Origin: Coniocarpon cinnabarinum
Lineage: Eukaryota
NCBI GenBank assembly: GCA_051942205.1
Contig: JAVECO010000051.1
Location: forward strand, 1-64,000
DNA length: 64,000 bases
Direction of reading: 5' to 3'
Below the pieces are notes generated by a model. It saw nothing but the letters and a program-made list of their open reading frames with translations. It searched no databases and had not been told where the DNA came from. Positions 37,470-49,318 of the stretch are shown in pieces (positions within the stretch are counted from its first letter, which is position 1; every line of letters starts with the position of its first letter). Made by a program: the position numbers and the translations under genes.

Positions 37470-38980
37470 ATACGTTGTGTGCCGGGGTATGTTCTCATGT
37501 GGTAGAAAGCTTTCGATGTATTACATGCATTCAATCCCTTGCTAACCACAGCAGTGTAGCACGTCAATGGGACCGAAGTAACCGTCCATGTTTTCATGGT
37601 TTCAAGCTTTGAGGCTAGTTGTTGGAAGCTCTATGGAAGGGTCAGCTCTGCAGAAACCTTATACCAATGATAACGGAATGTAGCTAGGATGGGCAGCACA
37701 TACATGTAGAGCTTGTCCTGAGAAGTCCAATGCGTGACAACTCTCCTAGCTTTGAGGCTCTCATAATGAGCTTCGACTGAGAGACTAACGTTTTCTGCGG
37801 CCTTCCCCATGTTCTCAAAGCTTTCAAACCCTAGGCATTACTAAAAGTCCGTAATAATGTAATTACCAGCTCACAGGCGCTCTGTGATAGAATAGCTGAG
37901 ACGTTAATCTGATCCAAAATGTTCCAAACGTTAGCGATATTACCATTTTCAATTATCCAGACAGCCTCAAAAGATTTGTTGACATCATGTGACAAATTTT
38001 TGTGCCTAAGTTCTCAGGCTGCCAAGCTCGGAGCAGTGTACACTTTGGAATTGTAGTTACTTCGAGCAGATTTCACCCAAACTCATATCGTGTATGCGAG
38101 TCACACGGTCTTTAGAGAAATAGACCTAGCGTCACGATCATTTGCATGACTGTAGAAATCCGGGAGTTACTTACATATCTTAGAAGGCCATGAGAAAAGC
38201 CGCAAGCATTGCATCTCACACTCGACGATTGCAGCTATCTTCAATGCTATACACTGACCGATGACCGATTGTACGGACAGAAGCTTAGAATTGCCGAGAC
38301 CGGAAGAGATTGCCTCAATGACCTTGAGATACTAAATGACACTAGGTATACGAGGCCGTAAGAAAGGCCTCAAGGAGAAGGTCCAGCGGTACCGTGAGAA
38401 AGCATGCTCGCAAAATTCGAAACACAGGCTGTGAGCCCAAATCCATTTCACCGAACAAAGCGATTAGCTAACAACTCTCGGGACCAAACAATAAGGTCTG
38501 CGGCTCTCTGCTGTTTGATGAGGCTAACTTCAAAAACAATTGTGAAACTCTGGTACACAGCTTCTTATCAAAGGGTTTTGTATGCTGTTTTTCAAGATAA
38601 GTGCACTCGGTCAATTGAATAAACAGACAGATTTGAAGACTCGCATTGCATAAGTTGAGCCGCTCGATATCAACCTGATCTGTAGTATGCAGCGGACATG
38701 TCACTTGGGCAAAAAACATCCTAAAATTGGCTCAAGGCCCCAAAGATAAAGAGTCGGTGCAAAGCTTTGGAAGACTTGCCGCGCTAAGCACGGATGACAA
38801 GCAATAGAAACAGAAACAACTCCAAGGACAAGACGAAGCCGCGAAAAAGTGATCAGAATTTAGACAAAGCTAATCATCGACCAGGGAGGTTCACTCGTGA
38901 CCAATTACGCGCTCAATGGGCTCAAAAACCTTAAAGTATCGGCTGCAAAAGTCAAGCACGCGAGACGCACGACCATTGAT

Positions 38981-40532
38981 TCAGTCTGCCTGGTTTATTT
39001 GCTCTGCCTCAGAAACTGCTCGCATTCGCTTCCCGTATCGCATGAAGAGAATCGGCACCGGGACAAAAGCAATCGCAATGAATCCAAGTAGACTGTTTCC
39101 CCAGCCTAGTCCAAGCCGAGCATAGAGGTGTGGCCCGGCAAGTGGCATAATAGCGCCAACCACGCAACGACACACTACTGTAGCTGCGATAGCGGAGGCA
39201 GCGTATTCCTTAAATGCATCGACAAGGTAAGCTTGCAGTGGAACTGTTGTCGCAAAGAAACCAAACCCTACTGTAGCTGTGCCAATTATTGGGACAATGA
39301 AGAAGACTTGCTTCTGAGCAGTCCAGCCGTATATAAACAGACCGATCGGAATAAGAAGACTGCCAAGCAGCATAACGGGAAGTCGCTGCTCAGGCTCTGT
39401 GGTGCCAGTCTTGTGTCGTTGAATTTTCATATACCGGTCAAGAGTCAAGGCGCACAAGAGGACTGCCGTTACCATGCCTGTACTCAATCCAAGGTATGCG
39501 AGGCCAGCTGCCCCCTGTGAAAAGCCGTACTGCTCTTCAAAAACCTCAACGATCGTAGTTAAGAGAACGTACAGAAAGCCATATACCACCGACACATATA
39601 CAGCGAGCACGAGTACAACCCTCGACCCGACTAACATATGCATTGGCCGAATAATCGCTTTCAGTACAAGCCTCCATGCTTGAGCGGTGGCCGCATGCCG
39701 CGCGTGTTTCGCTAACATTTCCGGATCGTTTTTGCGCACCTCTGACTTCTTTGCATATTTCAGAACCAGGTGCGGAGGATATGTCTCTCGATATACGGTG
39801 GCGAATGCGATTGTGCAGACACCTCCTGTAATGACACTGAGCCAAAAGGCCCACCTCCAGCCCTTCGCCTGGGTAAGATAGCTGCCGATAACTGGCCCAG
39901 CGACGGGACCAATAAGAGGTGGGAAGCCCATAACAGCAATAGGCAGGCCACGTTCTTCCTGAGCAAACATATCGCCAACAATGCTAGCGTTAAGCGCGAG
40001 TGAGGCATCTCCAATGCCGTTGAAGAAGCGGAACGCAATAAGCATGCTTGGGCCAACGCTGAGCGCACAAGCCAGTGAAAAAATCACAAAAATAAGGTTG
40101 GTAGAGTTGTAGACTGGGGAGCGGCCGATTGCGACTACTTCTGACAAAGGTGCCGTCAGAAGTGGCCCGACAGCCTCGCCAAGCTCCCATACGGACACTA
40201 GGATCGTCCCAGAAAGGCTATTTGAAGTGCGAAATTCCTGGAGAATCTGGGGCACAGCTGGTATGCAGAGCACAGTGGCGAGATTTCTGGCCACTTCGAT
40301 GTCAGTGATATCAACCGTGGCTGTGATCGGACTGCTGCTTAGTTTCAACCAGAGTCAGGATGTGGCAGGACCATGGATCTGGGAAGTTCTGGGACACTTA
40401 CGCAATTAATGTGATAGTGGACATTGCTAATACTATACTCCATTTCCGTGCCGGTGACCACTTCAACGGATTGGATTTATTGTCCAATGCGTCAATTTCA
40501 GGCTCGATACTGTGAGTTCGTCCTACTGACAT
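38981..40532 (-). CDS. MFS drug:H+ antiporter (DHA1)
   Basis: Exon 1 has NPLKWSPARKW; intron 40401-40287; then GPLLTAPLSE..GR, GDMFAQEERG, GPVAGPVIG, GWRWAFW, RETY, PEQRL and LGLGWGNSLLGF. Confidence 0.93.
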
Positions 40533-41493
40533 AATGAGGGCACTGCAGGACTCATGCGTGACTACTTGAAGCGAAATTAGTAGATCAAGTTTGCATGAGA
40601 AGACGAATGCTCTCGGAAGAAGAACGAAGCAAAGTCCTTGGAAAACGGAACGGATGATTCGCATGCGGACTCAATTTGCTCGTACCACGTCATTTAGAAA
40701 GAAAGCTGCAGGGGAGCGTAGAAGCCGTGCGGCATTGATGTAATTGGATGAGCGTTAACGATTACCTCTAGGTCCCAACTGACATCATGTGTTGCGCTGG
40801 AGTTAGCTGCGTTGACATCATGTGATACACAGAGTCGGACTGGCAAGCTGACCGCTCCGTAGATGCAACGTTCAATGCTGACTCGGGATATAGGTACTAT
40901 TACATGTGATGGAAAATTCCGCTGAAGCCTTGCGCTCTACTTACGTCCTTGTACTACAATCAGAGACCCTACGCTCTTCTAGCTTCTGCATTATGTAGCT
41001 GCGCATAGGAAAGCAGCAATTACGACGTGGGATAGATTTATTTCCCACATGCATCGCATAATTGCATAATCAGAGGTGAAAATCCGCAAAAATCACGATT
41101 TCTGACTAGGTTCTCCAATTATGTGCATCTCCCAAACTCCTTTATTGATCGTAGCACTTGGTTTCGTTGGCGGAGAGATCGTTCTTCAAAGTCTGGACAT
41201 TTGCTTCTCCAGCAGCTCTGACTTCATCATCGACAGCATTACGTGGTTGACACTTTAGTCACGAGCCGCGATAGTGACGAAAGCATGAGCAGATGCTCTG
41301 GTGAACAACAATATGCCATTGAGGCGCCGATTAAGCCATTGGAATGGATTAAAGGAATTAGCGTCCTGCAATCAGCTATTTTTGACAGTTTCATATTAGA
41401 TGAGTCCAGGAAGTGTCTTCGATCTGCCCTAGTATCACGATCTGGTCCGAGCCCTTTGAAATGGGCTCACTGGCTCCGCAGCTGGGATCAATG

Positions 41494-42399
41494 CTAAGGA
41501 TTATTTTCCCAAAGATCTGTCAAGCTGTACGATCGTGTTCGCTCCCAATTTACCAAGGATGACCAATCGACACAGGTCTGCTTGACACTAGGATTGACAG
41601 CAATGTTCGAGCGCTCTTCATCTTCCCAGAATACGGATCGAGGCGTCAAGTCTGGCACACACATCACGGATTGCCTGATTGCCTCCAAGCAATGGCCTGA
41701 CTCTGGTTAGTCACTGCGCAATGGCAACATGGAATTCATGGTCCTCGAAAGTCACCTACCTGCGTGAATGCGCATCTTGTGTTGCCAATCAGGACCGCGC
41801 TCTGGATAATAATGATCTGGGTACATGATCTGCCGTATAATACGCTTTTGTTTGACATGGGTTAGAGATCGGTCATGACAACGCTTTCAAGTTCACTTAC
41901 AATGCAATGTAAGTTGTGCATTACGCCAAGCAACGTCGCAGTATCATCTTGCGTAGACAATAACCCCGAGATGTTCAGCTGCGACGCTTCCAAAGGAGAG
42001 ACTGAAATCCCTCGTACTAGATGCGAAAAGTGAGTGTCTTGATGAAAACGCGCGGCTCAAACGGGGCAGCCCACCTGCTTGAAGTTGATTCCATGCCAGA
42101 TCAGACTCTAACGTAGGCTTTCCCGTATATAACTCATTTTTCCAGGCGTCAACTCCCGGTTGGACTACTTGATAGTTAAGTCCTTCGGGGATCACTGGAG
42201 AGTTTCTTTCCTCGCTTTTATATCTGAAAGCCAGGCTCCCAAACACTAAAAGTGAAAGCGCCGATATCAAGGCGAGTAAGACTAACAGCAATCTTACTCT
42301 CCGCTTCGCTGAATGTTCAATTAGACGACATTGGATACACTCCACATCAGCAATTTCACCAGAGAGAGAACACATGATCTTTTTGTTCTCGATTGTCAT
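41494..42399 (-). CDS. UstYa-like DUF3328 oxidase, 4 exons, intact
   Basis: N-terminal TM helix and YTGKPTLESDLAWNQL. Introns 42074-42017, 41900-41845 and 41759-41697 give GVMHNLHCIRIIRQ (HxxHC 1) and RIHAGHCLEAIRQSVMCVPDLTP (HxxHC 2), then TCVDWSSLVNW. Confidence 0.93.
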
Positions 42400-42725
42400 T
42401 CTCGACACTGCTAAGCCTGATGTCACTTTGGCCCAGAGGAAAAGTCAATTCAGATGAGACAAAACTACCACACCTGTCTGCGAGAATATTTGTCATTGTG
42501 TGCCTCATGACGTCAAATGCGATTCGCCATTGTAACACGTCTTCAGCAAATTTCTTTGACGCCATTAATCCGTTTGCTCTCGTTGAATGTTCATGGTGGG
42601 CTTTACGCAGGGTTCAAGTCTGACTGCCAGTGTTTACGCAGAGCTCCTTCGGATCTTCGGAATCACATGGAGCAACATGCAGGGTCTTGAGGACTTGTGA
42701 TCAGCTCGTGTTGGGTGATAGCATC

Positions 42726-42732
42726 TATATAA
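42726..42732 (+). promoter_or_regulatory. TATA box of the repeat precursor gene
   Basis: TATATAA about 110 bp upstream of the ATG at 42841. Confidence 0.5.
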
Positions 42733-42840
42733 GAGCTGCCTTCATCCTTGACAGGTGCCTAACTACTCGACAGCTCAAAGCATCTGGCGATCAAGAGCGC
42801 GGCCTAATCGAGGAAATCTCATTAGAAAAGACTCCACAGC

Positions 42841-43341
42841 ATGCATTTCATCAAAGCTTGTGTGCTTTTCAGCACATGCGTTCTGGCATTTCCAACACCA
42901 GGTAAGTGACCGCTAATTCTTGAAGAACAGGGGACTGAATTCTATGAATCAGGCCCTTCGGAAGTCGCTGAAGCGTCCCACGTGGAACGTGGAGATGTCG
43001 AAGGCGCCCTTGTCGAGACAGGTCTGGCACCGCCTCCGGAAAGCGGCCTCGCTGAGGAAGGGCTGGTGCAACGAGAAACCACCGAGACAGACCTCCTTGA
43101 AAGCGGGCTTGCATCACGCAGCGATGCTGAAGACGGACTGCTCGAGAATGGGTTGGCTAACAGGGAAACTACGGAAGATGGCTTGCTCGAGACTGGCCTC
43201 TCAGAGCGCGCGAATACAGAAGAAGGCCTTTTAGACACAAAGATCGTCGATCGGGCATCGACGGAAAGCGGTCTACTTGACAATAACGGCGCAGAGGACG
43301 GTCTGGCAGTATCGGAAAAGACAGCTTCGAGTGGAACTTGA
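42841..43341 (+). CDS. Secreted tandem-repeat protein, candidate RiPP precursor (149 aa, 2 exons)
   Basis: Exon 1 (42841-42901) is MHFIKACVLFSTCVLAFPTP, a signal peptide. Intron 42902-42952 (GTAAGT..CTGAAT..CAG) splices in frame to exon 2, which carries about 7 R-x-x-x-E-x-G-L-L-[ED]-x-G-L repeats. Confidence 0.85.
42988..43305 (+). repeat. Coding tandem repeat, 45-nt / 15-aa period
   Basis: RGDVEGALVETGLA / PPPESGLAEEGLVQ / RETTETDLLESGLAS / RSDAEDGLLENGLAN / RETTEDGLLETGLSE / RANTEEGLLDTKIVD / RASTESGLLDNNGAEDGL. Confidence 0.9.
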
Positions 43342-45146
43342 GAATGATATGGCGGACGCCTACGCGGAGGCTTGTGGTATGTACGCGGGTACGCTTTTTT
43401 CATCCGTACTTCAGAAGAAAGGGCTTGACCGGTGGCAATATTGTGGAGAACGCACGTCAATGATAGGACGAGTCATGATCCCAATTGGCTTTTGTGATAA
43501 TGTCAACTTTTATTGTGTGGACTGCTAGCCCATCATGTCTGCATTTCCCGTGGCGTCTAGTTTTGCCTGCCAAAGCTTTACCGCCATGCCACGAAGTGTG
43601 CGCGGGCAAACGCAGAGTAGCCAACGGCATACACCATCACATGCCTTATCCACATTCAATACATAATATGTGCCATGTACCCATGGTTGTGTGGGTCCTG
43701 GCCGGTTGCGTCGACCACCACTTCTTCGTACAAGGTCTCAGCTGCGCGGAGTGCGAGTGTCTTGTCACAGTCAGAGCTTCTCGCACGTCTGCAGGACATC
43801 GCAAGGCTCGTGAGCCGTGGCGGGCTAGTCAAGTACTCTCAAACAGGTGGACGATCGTCATTGCTCATCATTCGATCATGGTTCGATTTGCATTGGATCT
43901 GCTTTTGCACGTTGGTGACCCGCTGCAGACAGACAAAGACAGTTCTCTTTGACCCATCTCTATCCCGTGGTCACTGCTTTCTTTCCCCTTTCCCCTTACA
44001 TGCAACCAGTGCGTCATTCGGACTTTTCCTCGTTATTCGATATTGCAATTTTATGCTGTAGGGTTTGAAATCTGAGACGACAATGCAAACCTAAAATCTT
44101 GTAGTCGGCTATCTCCATTGAAAGCGGCTCGCGAATCAATCATACTTATCTACACAGGCTTTGCCTACTTTGCCTACTTGTCCAGAATCTTTGTTAGCAA
44201 ATATTGTTGGTAATGCCTCAGCGCCTCTCTTCGAGTAAGGCTATTTTGTGCTGAGTGTCTATAAGCGCCTGAGCATGCAGTGTGCGACTTGATCAGCAGC
44301 AACCTGGACAAGGCGATTCGCTGACCACGACCCAGAGAGCAACATTTGTTGCTAATTAAGAGCACATATAGCTGGTTGTATGTCACCGCCCATTCGATCA
44401 TTGATCATCTTTGTGCTTGTGCTTGAACCCTGGTCAGGCATCAAAAGCTATCCGCTAAGTCAGCTGAAAGCTATCGGTGATAGCCGTGACATTATTGTTG
44501 CAACGAGGCAAACATTTGCCTGAAAGCCTTCACCGTTTCTTTGTTCTCTGCAAGCAGACTCACCGGACGCGGCAGAAGCTCGCGCCATCATTAGCGGTAC
44601 TCATCAACGGTCGCTTGAAACGCCACTCACGTAACGGCCGTGACATATCCCCACTTATCCACGATAAGTGGCAGGCAGACAGTCAAACACAAAACACGGA
44701 CATAGTAGCTCTGATGCGATGCGATGAAAGAACGTGCAGCTGCTGCGTCGCTGAGCCATTGATCGTCACGTCCCGCCTTGCTCTTCCACGAACGACCAAC
44801 AGCCATCATGATCACCCGTCACTATGCACGTGGACCTCCTCCCCGCTATCGTACTGGCTCACTTACATTACACAACTTATATTGCACGAGAATGGAGGAA
44901 ACCAGCCTTGTCGGATTGCTGAGAATTCGAGACTTTGCAGATATAGGTTCTCATTTATAAGGATCGACCTTTCGTTCAGGAAGGCAGAGACTCATGTAAT
45001 ACTCCTCCGTCTGATATTTATTCGTGTTTTGAATTTCAAATCCTGGACAGCTCCAGTTCTGGAACGGCTTTGCCCATCGCGCAATTTAGAATGCGTTGTG
45101 ATCTTTAAAATTATTCAGTAATAGAGCAAATCATCATCACCTGGAC

Positions 45147-46695
45147 ATGGCTGACGTCCACATTCATGCGCCACTTTGCATCGCCGCGGGGGCCATATTT
45201 CCCCCCGTATGTACGATTATAGTTGCAACACGTTTCCACGCAAGAACCCTTCAGGGAGCTCCAAAAAGTTGGGATGTAGGTCGAGTCCTGGGTCTTCTCG
45301 GTCAACGAACATGCATACTGATCGCGAGTCGAACAGGACTGGCTCACAGTCCCAGCACTCGTGAGTTTCTGAGAGAATTAAGAGCGAAATGGAGACTGAC
45401 AAAGATATGAGGTGTTGGTCTGGGGAATGTGCGTTGCGATGCTGATTGGTGAGCAATGCCGCGCGTATGATCTGAGCCACAGTCTGTAGACGCTGATCTT
45501 CAGTGAAGGAGTCGGCCGACACACTGTCGGGTACAAGACGCCTCCGTTGGCACCCCATAAAACGAACTTGACCACCAGCAGCTGGCAGCAAAGCGAGACG
45601 CGAGCAGTCAGTTGCGGTCGACCCAGCGTGAAGACAGAAGATGCTGATACAGGCGCAAGATCTACTGGGCGATCGAGTTAATGCAGATCCCCGCCCTGGC
45701 GGCGATCAAAACCAGTCTCGTGCTTTTCTACCATCGCATCTTCCACACCGGTGCAGGCTGGTGGTTTCGCATCCTCAACTTTACGGTCCTTGCGATCATC
45801 GTCCTTTGGGCGGTGCCCTTCTTCTTCACGTTCCTGTTTCTGTGCCCTGGCCACCCCGATATTTATTGGTCAATCCTAGCGCTTCAGAAAAGAGCGTGCG
45901 TCGATACAGCAATGGTGCACAATTCTTACGGCATCACAGACGTGATTATTGACATACTTGTCATTTTGCTTCCCGTGCCACTGGTACGATTCTGCATTGG
46001 GCCATTCCAGTCTAGCTCGACTGACATAGGTACAAGGTCATACGACTGCAAATGTCAGTAACGCGCAAACTCGCAGTATTAGGGGTGTTTGGATTGGGGA
46101 CATTGTGAGAGATACACCGCGTCGCAAACCAAGTTACGCTAACTGAGGATTTCCACGCAAGCTCGATCATCGCATCCATCATTCGTATGATCACCTATGT
46201 CGAGTCGACCGCAGGTATGGACACACCCACGCAGGGATCTGATCTCGCTTACCAGAGTCCATAGCCGAGTTCAAGATCGGTACTGATACAGATAGTGTGT
46301 GATCAAGGCCCTTGCGACCCAATTCAACGATAGCTGACAAAATCACAGTATTGATTACGGGAGGGATATACTGGAGTGTCGTGGAATGCGGTACCGGCCT
46401 CATTTCGGTCTGTCTCCCGACAATAAATCACGTCTTCCGCGCAAAGATCATCAACAGCATGAAACACAAAACCATTCCACTCAGCTCAGAGGACCAGGAA
46501 AGGATGGCGAAACCCGCCTTTCCACGCATCCGAGGCTACCGTCAGCAGCAGGAATCTCAAGTTTCCGACATTGAGCTTGCTACATATGGCGGGCATGCTA
46601 CGGCAGATGCACTGAGGGAGGGTCCAGGAGGGATCATGCCTGATGAGGATCAGATCATGGTGCATCGTGAAATGGAGACGTCTTTGCATAGATAA
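45147..46695 (+). CDS. PTH11-like integral membrane protein, many introns
   Basis: IVATRFHAR, AAIKTSLVLFYHRIF, FLCPGHP..YW, TDVIIDILVILLPVP and YWSVVECGTGLISVCLPT. Confidence 0.87.
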
Positions 46696-47282
46696 ACCAC
46701 CATTTTGACAAGCGGGGGATGCAGCTTGGAGGCCAATGCTCGGTCACTGCGCAGGTCGTGACAACACACACGCACATATGCGATGCCGTGCGCAGCCCAG
46801 TGTGGAGCGTTTCCTGAAGAGGGGTTGTCGTAACACCGTAACATCATTGTGCATAAAAATTGGGGTACATACCGATAGACGTGTTGCAAGGCTTTGTTCG
46901 GTGTCTGCAAATGAGTCAGGCTCAAGACTGGAGCCTTCTGCCTGCAGCAACACGAGAACGGCGACGGGTTGAATGGCGATTGATTTGTCAGCGATGTTTT
47001 CCTCCAGTGGATCAGCGCCGGGCTGTGTCGCGTCTTGGTTCGCTAGATCCGTGAATATCATCAACGATCGGGAAAGACGTTCTCTACGTTGCAAGCGAGT
47101 ACATCTCGGCTTCCAGATGTGCTTGTTACACTCGCTTGCAAAACATTGGCGGCTTCAACAATCATACTTTCGTCACTATCACGTGAGCAGTCTTGCCTAG
47201 TTAACCTCTGTTATGCTTTCAGATATGTAGCAAGCTTCTGCCCTTGCAACTCGCCCTACCATTCAAGTTTGTGCATTACATC

Positions 47283-48961
47283 ATGGGTGTCGAAGGCAGA
47301 GAAGTGTCTGCAGATTCATTTGATGGGGAGAGCGCTACGAGTAGTCAGCACGACCATGCACTTCTTGATGCGGTGCAGAGGAGGAAACTGACGACGAAAT
47401 TGGACTTGAGACTGGTTCCGATATTAATAGTACTATATTTGATGGCTTTTTTGGACAGGTAAGTGTCCTCTACACTCTGTGAAGCTTATCCTACAGTTGT
47501 TAACGAGCACCGCAGGATCAACATTTCGAATGCACTTACATTAGGCCTTCAAAAGAAACTTCATCTTGAAGGCCATCAAGTCAACACAGCGCTGGCGGTC
47601 TTCTATGCACCTTATGTCCTCTTTGAACTACCTTCTAACTTACTGCTCAAACGCTTCAAGCCACATATATGGTGTACGTGAGGGCGAGACGACTATAAGC
47701 GGATGAATCCAGAGCCCACAGTTGCTGACGTTTTGAAAGTGTCTGGATGCATGGTAGCATTTGGTTTGGTGATGGTGTGCCACGGCTTTGGTATGTTGTA
47801 CATTGGAATCTGAATCACTTCCGACTGATTGGTAACCTGCAGTCAAAAACTTCAGCGGCTTGATAGCAGTCCGATTCTTCCTTGGCTTTGCAGAAGCAGG
47901 AGTGTTTCCAGGTATGAATGACATGAAACTCTCGTTCAGCATGGGTTGAGTGATGAACTATTTAGGCTGCTCCTACCTTCTCACCATGTGGTATCGTCCC
48001 GAAGAAGCGTTACGTCGCTATGCAATTTTCTTTAACTCAGTGACTCTTGCGGGCGCATTTGGAAGTCTGCTTGCGAGCGCCATTAATCTCATGGATGGTG
48101 ATCGTGGCTATGCCGGCTGGCAGTGGATCTTCATCTTGGAAGGCATCGCGACCATTGCAGCTGGAATCATAGCTTTTGCAGTCATCCCAGACTTCCCTGA
48201 GACTGCGCAATGGTTGAGTGAAAAAGAACGCAGACATGTTCAGGCGTGCTTAAGAAGAGACGAAACCACAATCTCAGACGTGAGCACGTCGCTCAAATCC
48301 GGGTTGAAGGCCCATTTCACTGATCACAAATGTTACACTGCTGCGGTCCTCTACTTTGGTGAGTCAAACGGCTGTTAGCGCAAGCGGATTGCACAGTAGA
48401 CTGATGTACTCCCTTCTGCCTTCAGGCGGAAATATCACCGGATACAGTATCAGCTACTTCTTGCCCACAATCGTTAAAGGTTTTCACTATTCGAACATCG
48501 GCACACAGCTTCATTCTGTACCTCCATTTGCGACAGCTTGGGGCTGGTCTATTTTGCTCTGTTTCATTTCGGCAAAGGTCCAACATCGACTCGGTTTCAT
48601 CCTTTTCACCTTTGCGCTGGCCATAGCAGGCTGTGTGATCCTACTCAACGTTCACAACGATTATAACACAATGTACGCGGCGACGTTTTTGGTTACCGCC
48701 GGACTCTTCGGAGGACTACCCATCGCGATCATTTGGTATTTGATGAGTCTCCACGGTCATATGCGGCGAGCCATTGGAGCGGGATGGATGATTGGGTTTG
48801 GCAATATCGGAGGTATTGTGGCGACCTTCAGTTTCCAAAGCTCGGACGCGCCGTACTACCACAAGGGCTATAGCATTATCACTTTTGGCGTGGTTTTGGC
48901 CTCCGTTTCAGCGATCGCTTTTGGAATCGGGCAATATCTGGATAAGAAACGAGATAAGTGA
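47283..48961 (+). CDS. MFS anion:cation symporter (allantoate/nicotinate permease family)
   Basis: KLDLRLVP, AFLDR-INISNA, FELPSNLLLKR, RFFLGFAEAGVFPG, GWQWIFILEG, PDFPETAQWLS, GNIGGI and DAPYYHKG. Confidence 0.92.
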
Positions 48962-49318
48962 GAGAAGGAGCCTGAGCTGGTGACGGCTGAATATTCGGCC
49001 AAATTTCGGGTACGATCATCTACTCGTCACGTGCCTTTGCAGAAGCTACAGCTTTATGACCCGAATCTTCCTCATCCCAGCAACGACTTTTGTTCGTGGC
49101 CTTTACGTGCTTCTCAACTGGCAAATAGAGTCAATAAAGGGTGATTTGCTCAACAAATCCCCACACGAAGCCTGCTATTCAGCCGCTCGCTTCTGGACAT
49201 ACTGACTTCAGGCTGCTTTAGATACACAAGACGAAAGCTCAGCTGCTTGATAGATCGAAAACGAGTCGCGGACACATGGCGTGCGCACCAGCATGCAAAC
49301 ATGGGTCCATCACGCACA

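Noticed and set aside
42902..42930. Alternative shorter intron in the repeat precursor gene, ending at AACAG 42930
   Set aside because: It is only 29 nt and leads straight to a stop (GGG GAC TGA). The acceptor at 42952 keeps the repeat frame.
42920..43460. Overlapping ORFs 42920-43234(+) and 42942-43460(-)
   Set aside because: They are alternative-frame and antisense shadows of the repetitive precursor exon, with no signal peptide or proper start.
43485..45121. Several 75-214-aa ORFs downstream of the precursor as extra cluster genes
   Set aside because: They have non-ATG starts, no recognisable motifs, and I could not build a consistent splice model.
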